Assembly: GCF_000143415.4 (NCBI RefSeq)
Contig: NW_003314744.1
Coordinates: 1 to 5,202, forward strand
Direction of reading: 5' to 3'
DNA length: 5,202 nt
Origin: Selaginella moellendorffii
Lineage: Eukaryota; Plantae; Lycopodiophyta
The notes under the pieces were generated by a model. The model was not told the DNA's origin. It saw nothing but the letters and a program-made list of their open reading frames with translations, and did no database searches. The translations under genes and the position numbers were made by a program. Every line of letters begins with the position of its first letter. The first letter of the stretch is position 1. Below, in pieces: positions 1 through 5,202 of the stretch.

Positions 1-100
1 AAAAAAGGGTCCAAAAAAGCCGGCAGACGGCAGGCTCGTTGAGAACTCACTCGAACGGGGTAACTACCTATTGGCTTTTTTCTAATCGAAAACAATACAG

Positions 101-806
101 AGGCTAGAGTTCCTTGTGCGATGGCGTCCTGGACTTCCTTGTATCCCGCCACCTCTTCGAGACTCATCCAGGATTACCTCCAGGAACACTCACAGACTTG
201 CGGTCTGCAGCCGTGAACAACAAATGGTTTGCTCGGCTGGTTGTGAGGCACGGCTTACATCAGCATCTTCAGCATGGCTTGGTGGAACTTGACTGCGAGA
301 TCCGAAAGTTCGTGCAAAACGTGAAGGAAAAACCAGACGCTTCATGCTTCGAAGACTTGTCGGCCCCAAAGGTACGTACACATATTCCGGTGGTCTTCTC
401 TACATTCTGGCCTCTCTTATCTCAGGTGCTTGGAGACTTACTTGAAAGCATAACCGGTGCCATATTTGTGGACACTAACTTCGATTTGGAGAGGTTGTGG
501 AGAGTGGTGCTGCCTTTGTTATCGCCTCTGGTCACTCCAGCGACGTTGCGTTTCCATCCTGTGCACATTCTTATGGAGCTTTGCGCGAGAAAAGGCATGA
601 AAGTCAGTTTCTTCCGGACAGAGGCGACCACGACTGAAGTAAGGGTGACTTTTGGAGAAGAATCGCTTGTGGAAACTTCGCAGGAGAAGCCGAGGAAATC
701 TGCAAAGATAGACGCGGCTCTGAAGATGCTTGCCAGTCTCCAAGTAAGCTCTGGAAATTCCTAACGCAGTCCTCTCTCTTTTTTTTGCTAGACTTCGCGG
801 TGCTAA
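101..806 (+). CDS. DCL: Dicer-like protein, 3' exons (RNase IIIb domain + C-terminal dsRNA-binding domain). Exons 101-371, 426-743 and probably 792-806. Apparent +1 frameshift at 117 (pseudogene or sequencing error).
   Basis: After a branch-like CTAAT (82-86) and acceptor TACAG (96-100), the sequence reads RLEFL-g(t)gc-DGVLDFLVSRHLF...PPGTLTDLRSAAVNN...APK|VLGDLLESITGAIFVD. This is the RNase III signature plus the second catalytic D/E motif of plant DCL RNase IIIb. It is followed by HPVHILMELC...KSAKIDAALKMLASL (dsRBD-like). The DCL subfamily cannot be assigned by eye. Confidence 0.92.
372..425 (+). other. 54-nt GT-AG intron in DCL (in-frame and stop-free, so the ORF track reads through it)
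   Basis: AAG|GTACGT...pyrimidine-rich...CTCAG|GTG. Removing it joins APK to VLGD and restores the conserved PKVLGD motif. Confidence 0.9.
744..791 (+). other. Probable 48-nt terminal intron of DCL, leading to last exon TSRC* (792-806)
   Basis: CAA|GTAAGC donor, CTAAC branch-like motif at 761-765, long pyrimidine tract, GCTAG acceptor. If unspliced, the stop is at 762-764. Confidence 0.6.
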
Positions 807-936
807 GCTTTTGTTGTATCAAAAAGTAAATGTCTAGTGGAGAAAGAAATGAAAATATATTACTCAACAGTTGTATGAATAATTCAAAATATTATTGTCC
901 ATCAGTTTTATTTTAAGCACCAGCTTCTAATGCAAA

Positions 937-1962
937 CTAGAACTCCAAGGTACCATATTTCTCAGCTGGTGAAACCCATCCCACCCCATGATATCTCGCA
1001 GAGATCCAGCTAAACTCTATATTTGCAGCCATGAAATACTCCAAGCTTTGCACATACCCCATGACATTTCCCTTGTTCAAGTCCTTGTTTGACAGAACCT
1101 TTTGTTTGATGTCAGCAAACTCTTTCTCCAAATCCTGAACCATTTCTGCAACTTTCTCCATTGCCTTGTTTAAGCCACAGTTGCTACTGTAACCAACCAG
1201 TGCCACAGAGTTGAGGTACTGTTCACAAGCCCATTCCTTTTTGAAGGAGACCATGTCATTGGCTAGGAACGAATGGCGATTTGCAATCACTTCCAGCGTT
1301 TGAATATGAGCACTCCTTCCTCTTCCAGCCCAAAATTGTTAAGGAAGTCCATTGCCACCATGCAAGGGATAACCCCAGCCGCTACCTCCCTCATCCACAT
1401 ATAAATCTCAAAGTTGGGAACCAGTTTCTTGTGAAGCCAACTTGATTCCACCTCAAACATGTCGAGCACATCAATCATGGAATTCGAAAACTGGGTCTTA
1501 TGTCCAGGATTCATGAAACCCTTTAGATCAGTGTAGACATCGTTAAGCATCCCCATTTGCCGCAGAAGGTTTTTACTTTTCACCAGAGTTATGGCTTGAT
1601 CATAGTCGTTTTTAAAGATGAGCTTGGGCATTCTTCAGGTCAGAGACAGGGACAGAAGGATCGTCCATAAAATCATCTGCAAGAAAGAACCAGCACAAGA
1701 ATTTTGCCATGGGAATCAATCTCTCTGAAGAAATGGCTTGGTATGCAAAGCCTGCAAGTTTTCCAAGCTTGCTCTGAATGGCAAACTGAGTCTTGTGATG
1801 AGTGAGATCATGCAGCTTCAAAAAATCCATACACCATTTGTCAATTTCAGCATCCACCTTTGCATCATAAGCAGGATTCAAATCAACATGATAAGAGCTG
1901 TGCGGTGGTATGTAAAAGCTTTTGGCGCCCTCAAAAATGCTAAGGATAGAGGAGGCTCCCAT
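937..1962 (-). pseudogene. MTPSL: Microbial-type terpene synthase-like (MTPSL; class I terpene cyclase, alpha-domain only) pseudogene. Intronless, with two frameshifts (~1626 and ~1309).
   Basis: Three overlapping minus-strand ORFs (1612-1962, 1287-1631, 937-1290) join into one ~340-aa protein. Motifs: DDFMD (DDxxD, 1663-1677), WMREVAAG (pyrophosphate-sensor R), NDMVSFKKE (NSE/DTE, 1234-1260) and WISARY (RY dimer, 991-996). Frame breaks are seen at AAT GCC c AAG CTC ATC and GGA GTG ct CAT ATT CAA. Confidence 0.93.
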
Positions 1963-2001
1963 GATGGATCTTCTTCTATGTTTCTCCAGGGCTCTGTAAG
2001 C

Positions 2002-2008
2002 TATATAA
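2002..2008 (-). promoter_or_regulatory. Candidate TATA box of MTPSL
   Basis: TTATATA on the minus strand about 40 nt upstream of the ATG at 1962, with an AT-rich region further upstream (2080-2230). Confidence 0.45.
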
Positions 2009-2139
2009 TGCCTGGGTATGACTTACTATTCAGCACCCGCCAAGAAATATACAAGGAGAAAGATCTATTGGTAATATTCACTGAATAAAATTACTATTAA
2101 CTCATTAAAAAGTTAATAAAATTATCACAAGACAAACAA

Positions 2140-2174
2140 ATATTTCAAAGGAAGAATTTCAGGCAAAACTCTTT
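2140..2174 (+). repeat. 35-bp direct repeat R1, copy 1
   Basis: ATATTTCAAAGGAAGAATTTCAGGCAAAACTCTTT; 33/35 identical to 2651-2685. Confidence 0.9.
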
Positions 2175-2650
2175 ACTTCTGAAAAGCAAAGTCAGACAAA
2201 ATCTCTTAACACCGTTTTAGAACCAAAAAAACAAGTGTGTTGGGTCCCTATAATTAAAGAACTCTTTGGCCATCGTCAAAGATGCCGAGCCCAAGCCGCA
2301 TTCAGGGCTATGATCTGCAAGGAACAAAACACCAAAGCCATGTCTCAACGAAAATACCCACGACAGCACTCGCAGAAAAACAAAGCTTTGAACCCTATGC
2401 GGAGTTTACATTGTCTGCAGGTTCCCTTTGACGATATCAATCTCCGTTTCAGAGTACATTGAGTTAAGAACCAAAATTTCGTCCACCTCATGGCGTCCAA
2501 AACACCACCGCCAGAGCTTGTCCCCAGTGATGTAAGGCCTTTCGCAAAGAGGGTGTTGCGGCAATCCATGAGAACTTCCATGTTTACTGCCACGTAGCCC
2601 ATGTGATGCGCGAGGAGCTCTTGCTTGGTGTAGGCGCTGCTGCAAAAAGT

Positions 2651-2685
2651 ATATTTCAGAGGAAGAATTTCAGACAAAACTCTTT
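2651..2685 (+). repeat. 35-bp direct repeat R1, copy 2
   Basis: ATATTTCAGAGGAAGAATTTCAGACAAAACTCTTT; 33/35 identical to 2140-2174. Confidence 0.9.
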
Positions 2686-2715
2686 GGTCACTTGGTTGTA
2701 GACAATTTTGGGGAT

Positions 2716-2879
2716 ATACCGGTAGCATGGTTTAGAGTTCTTACAGTACATTGTCTCTTATCGTCTCTATTATGTCTCTCACTCTTGTCATCCGGGAGTG
2801 AACATCTGGCTCGTTTTTGCTACTTGACTTTCCAACTAAAGCACAATTAGGTTAGAGGAGCTATTCCCTTCAGGATTGG
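2716..2879 (+). repeat. Direct repeat R2, copy A (ends in the splice-acceptor-like CTATTCCCTTCAG just before the ankyrin ATG)
   Basis: Aligns to 4072-4196 with 5 substitutions over the first ~97 aligned nt, an extra 10 nt (2758-2767), an extra ~29 nt, and then shared CTATTCCCTTCAGG-TTGG. Confidence 0.92.
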
Positions 2880-2880
2880 C

Positions 2881-3991
2881 ATGAGCTTCGTTGTCGTGTT
2901 TGCCCCAGGAGAGGGCAGCGGCGGCAAAGAGCTAGTGCAGCTTCACGCAAAGTCTACCGGAGCGGTGACCATGGCTCTGGTTTTTCCAAGTCCTTGCGCT
3001 CTTGTCTACGACCACCAAGGCGAGGAGCTACTTGCGCTCGAGTCACCAATATCGATCGACGTGGGAGCGTTCGTTCCTCGCCTACCGGGTTTCAGGCTCA
3101 TCTTGTCGCAGCTGTGCGGTCGAGGATGGGAGATCGGGGCTCTGACCCTCGGCAAGAGAATGGCGCGACTCGTGCAAGCCATTACGGAGTCGGACTTGGA
3201 AACTGCGTACACAGCCATAGATCTCGTAGACAGCTTGAACCATTGTTGGTCCCGGAACATGCTGGTCCCAGGCGAGAATGGAGAGGCCCCGCTTCTTGCA
3301 GCAGTGAAGCGGCACCATCGACTGGGTGCTTGTGCTGCTGGTGATGGATTTGTCCAGTAGCTTTTGGAAAAAACGGGGCAGACCCAGACTTTCCATCGCC
3401 AGATGAGATATTTCATTGGTCAGGTAACATTCTTTCTTGTCACATCCTTTACCTTGTCATTCGTATGGTTGGTTCTCTTTCCAGGCGTACCCACCTGGCC
3501 GTTCAGCGCCCATCAAATGGATGACTTGGTCACGCTCTTCAAGCCCATGGCGCGGCCTGTCGAGACTCTCACCAGCAAGCACTTGTGCAACGCTCGCGAT
3601 CCCGAGCATCTGGAGCTCTTGCTCAAGCTCCCTCATATGGATCCCAACCGGACCTCGCCGGAGGGCTGGCTCTTCCTCATCGCTGCGCTGAATCGAATAG
3701 AATTGGCGAATGTCAAACTGCTGATAGCCGCTGGAGCCGATCCAACGCTGCCGACTTACGATGGTTTTTGGCTGCTCGCCAGAGCGGCATTCTCGAATGA
3801 GGATGAAGAGATCTTGCGAATTATGGCAAAGGCGGCCAGCAATATGAACGTCAAACCAGGGGGGTATACGGTTCTCCGCAGTGCTTGCAGCGCTCAGAAG
3901 GCTGGAGTGTGTCGAGTCTTACTTGAGTGCGACGGACGTTTATGACGGATTACCGGACTTGAGGTCTGCTTTGAGAGATCTCTTCCACTAG
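2881..3991 (+). pseudogene. Ankyrin-repeat protein gene, probably pseudogenised (TAG at 3358-3360, frameshift in the A6 run 3368-3373, probable frameshifts near 3310 and 3931); one intron 3424-3484
   Basis: Ankyrin-like motifs: APLLAAVK, LLE-NGADPD (shifted frame), LELLLKLPHMDPN, VKLLIAAGADPT, GYTVLRSAC...VCRVLLEC. The shifted NGADPDFPSPDEIFHWS frame splices (G|GTAAC...CCAG|GC) exactly in frame with GVPTWPF of ORF 3364-3945. Confidence 0.8.
3424..3484 (+). other. 61-nt GT-AG intron in the ankyrin gene
   Basis: CAG|GTAACA...T-rich...TCTTTCCAG|G. The phase-1 junction restores the reading frame. Confidence 0.8.
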
Positions 3992-4071
3992 TCCAACACG
4001 CCCATGTCAGATTGCCTGCTAAGTTCGTGTTCGTAATTTATATATTAAACTTAGAATGTGAACTTAAGCAA

Positions 4072-4196
4072 ATACCAGTAGCATGGTTTAGAGTTCTTAC
4101 AGTACATTGTCTCTATTATTTCTCTCACTCTTGTCATCTGGGAATGAACATCTGGCTCCTTTTTGCTAACTGAACCACTATTCCCTTCAGGGTTGG
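4072..4196 (+). repeat. Direct repeat R2, copy B
   Basis: ATACCAGTAGCATGGTTTAGAGTTCTTACAGTACATTGTCTC...TTTTGCTA...CTATTCCCTTCAGGGTTGG; starts 1356 bp after copy A. Confidence 0.92.
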
Positions 4197-4329
4197 TGGT
4201 GGGGCGGGAGTGGCATTCAGCATTCAGGCTGACTTTTAGGGGTGGAAGATATAGTCTTACAGCATCAGCAGCTTGAGTCCGGAGGGGGTGGGGTGGGGGG
4301 TGGCGGCGGGGGAGTTGGTCGTGGTTGGA

Positions 4330-4804
4330 ATGACCACCTGGATATGGCCCGTCTCTTTGATCCACAAGCTCCAGCCGTATACGACGCACAGGAACCCCCG
4401 CGTCCGTGCAAAGTTGGCAACATGTATCTCCAAGAGCGTCGCTAAGCTCGTAAGTTCCTTTCAAGATCTTCATGGTTTCGATCGAAAGTTTCTCACATTT
4501 TCCTTTTTTCCTCCAGGGCGCCGAAGGCATCAGGGACTATGGATTGGAAGCTTTGATGCAAATCGCCGCTGCACAGCTCATCGACCAGCTCCCCGAGGCT
4601 CGCGAATCCGCTCGTAAGTTGGTGGTGGAGCTCCACTCGGCCTTCCAGCAACAGCCGGACGTGAGCTCCAATCTCTCCGAGACGAGCAGCAGCAGCAGTG
4701 GCAGTGACTCCGACGATCAAAACCAGAAATCCTGGGAGGAGTTTTGTTCCAGCATCCTCACTCCCGCGGTGGCGCAGCCGATTCTTCGCGTCAGCACCAG
4801 GTGA
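4330..4804 (+). CDS. 3' part of a TOG/ARM(HEAT)-repeat protein (CLASP N-terminal-like / FAM179-TOGARAM-like plant family). Exons ~4330-4449 and 4517-4804; 5' portion not recognisable.
   Basis: MTTWIWPVSLIHKLQPYTTHRNPRVRAKLATCISKSVAKL|GAEGIRDYGLEALMQIAAAQLIDQLPEARESARKLVVELH...WEEFCSSILTPAVAQPILRV*. As I recall it, this matches the conserved plant CLASP_N-type ARM protein C-terminus (LQPY..NRNPRIRAKA...LSDQLPESREAAR). Confidence 0.8.
4450..4516 (+). other. 67-nt phase-0 GT-AG intron in the TOG/ARM gene
   Basis: CTC|GTAAGT...TTTTCCTTTTTTCCTCCAG|GGC; joins the frames of ORFs 4273 and 4472. Confidence 0.9.
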
Positions 4805-4916
4805 TCGATTTGATACCGCCTCTATCAAACGATCGTCTCGAGGGAGAGGGTCTCCTCCAAATTGTACAAAAGAAAGCTCTTATGCCCTGTAGATTTTCTA
4901 GTGGTGCCCAAGACCA

Positions 4917-4921
<5 letters not shown>

Positions 4922-4947
<26 letters not shown>
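4922..4947. repeat. (GA)13 microsatellite
   Basis: Perfect GA dinucleotide run of 26 nt. Confidence 0.97.
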
Positions 4948-5202
4948 AGATGATCGATCGATGATCGCCACCATTGGCTGGTTCTTTTTTCCTTGGCGAG
5001 CACGAAACAAAATTAAAAACCCATTTTAAAGGCAAAGTTGTTTGGCACTAGGCTAGGGCTTTTCAGACAGGGGTTTTTGGCGTCATGGATTGCGCGAAGC
5101 GGGCCAAGACGATGATCCCGCGCGGGTAAGAGACGATCTAGTAGCCTACATTCTACCTGATTCGCGTTGCAGCTACCAGAAAGATGTGTTCCAGACGGCA
5201 TA

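Noticed and set aside
114-764. ORF as a standalone 216-aa RNase III protein
   Set aside because: It starts at TTG in mid-motif and reads through a 54-nt intron; it represents the internal and terminal exons of a larger gene.
937-1962. Three-gene prokaryote-style operon, or programmed frameshifting
   Set aside because: The pieces are consecutive parts of one terpene synthase; the junctions have no slippery heptamer and no introns, and the context is eukaryotic.
1738-2088. Plus-strand ORF, and other shadow ORFs (190-381, 422-631, 519-743, 2994-3344, 3006-3416, 3082-3396, 3437-3691, 3585-3800, 4493-4828)
   Set aside because: These are antisense or alternative frames of recognisable genes and carry no motifs.
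2140-2685. 35-bp repeats as a CRISPR array
   Set aside because: Only two copies 511 bp apart, no cas genes, eukaryotic context.
3424-3484. Transmembrane helix VTFFLVTSFTLSFVWLVLF in ORF 3364-3945
   Set aside because: It is a translation of a T-rich intron.
2716-4196. LTR retroelement or TRIM
   Set aside because: The repeats lack TG...CA ends, PBS, PPT and TSD; the interior is an intron-containing ankyrin gene.
101-4804. Functional biosynthetic or defence gene cluster (Dicer + terpene synthase + ankyrin + TOG)
   Set aside because: No tailoring enzymes are present, all members are disrupted as written, and there is no evidence beyond adjacency.
4791-5010. Minus-strand ORFs with SLSLSL runs, and the Gly-rich ORF 4242-4445
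   Set aside because: Products of the (GA)n microsatellite and the G-rich tract.

Overview
Compact eukaryotic, non-seed-plant DNA, most consistent with the lycophyte Selaginella. This is an inference from very short GT-AG introns (about 48-67 nt) and an intronless microbial-type terpene synthase-like (MTPSL) gene. In order, the window holds: (1) the 3' end of a Dicer-like gene (RNase IIIb + one dsRBD, +) with a 1-nt insertion in the RLEFLGD signature; (2) a convergent MTPSL gene (-) broken by two frameshifts; (3) an unidentified exon-like segment between 35-bp direct repeats; (4) an ankyrin-repeat gene (+) with a premature stop and frameshifts, lying between two copies of a ~125-165 bp direct repeat; (5) the 3' exons of a TOG/ARM-repeat (CLASP_N-like) gene whose 5' part is replaced by G-rich sequence; (6) a (GA)13 microsatellite. 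Every recognisable gene is damaged or truncated. The window therefore reads as a mosaic of duplicated or captured gene copies, or partly low-quality assembly, rather than a functional cluster. I cannot support a new functional system from the sequence alone.
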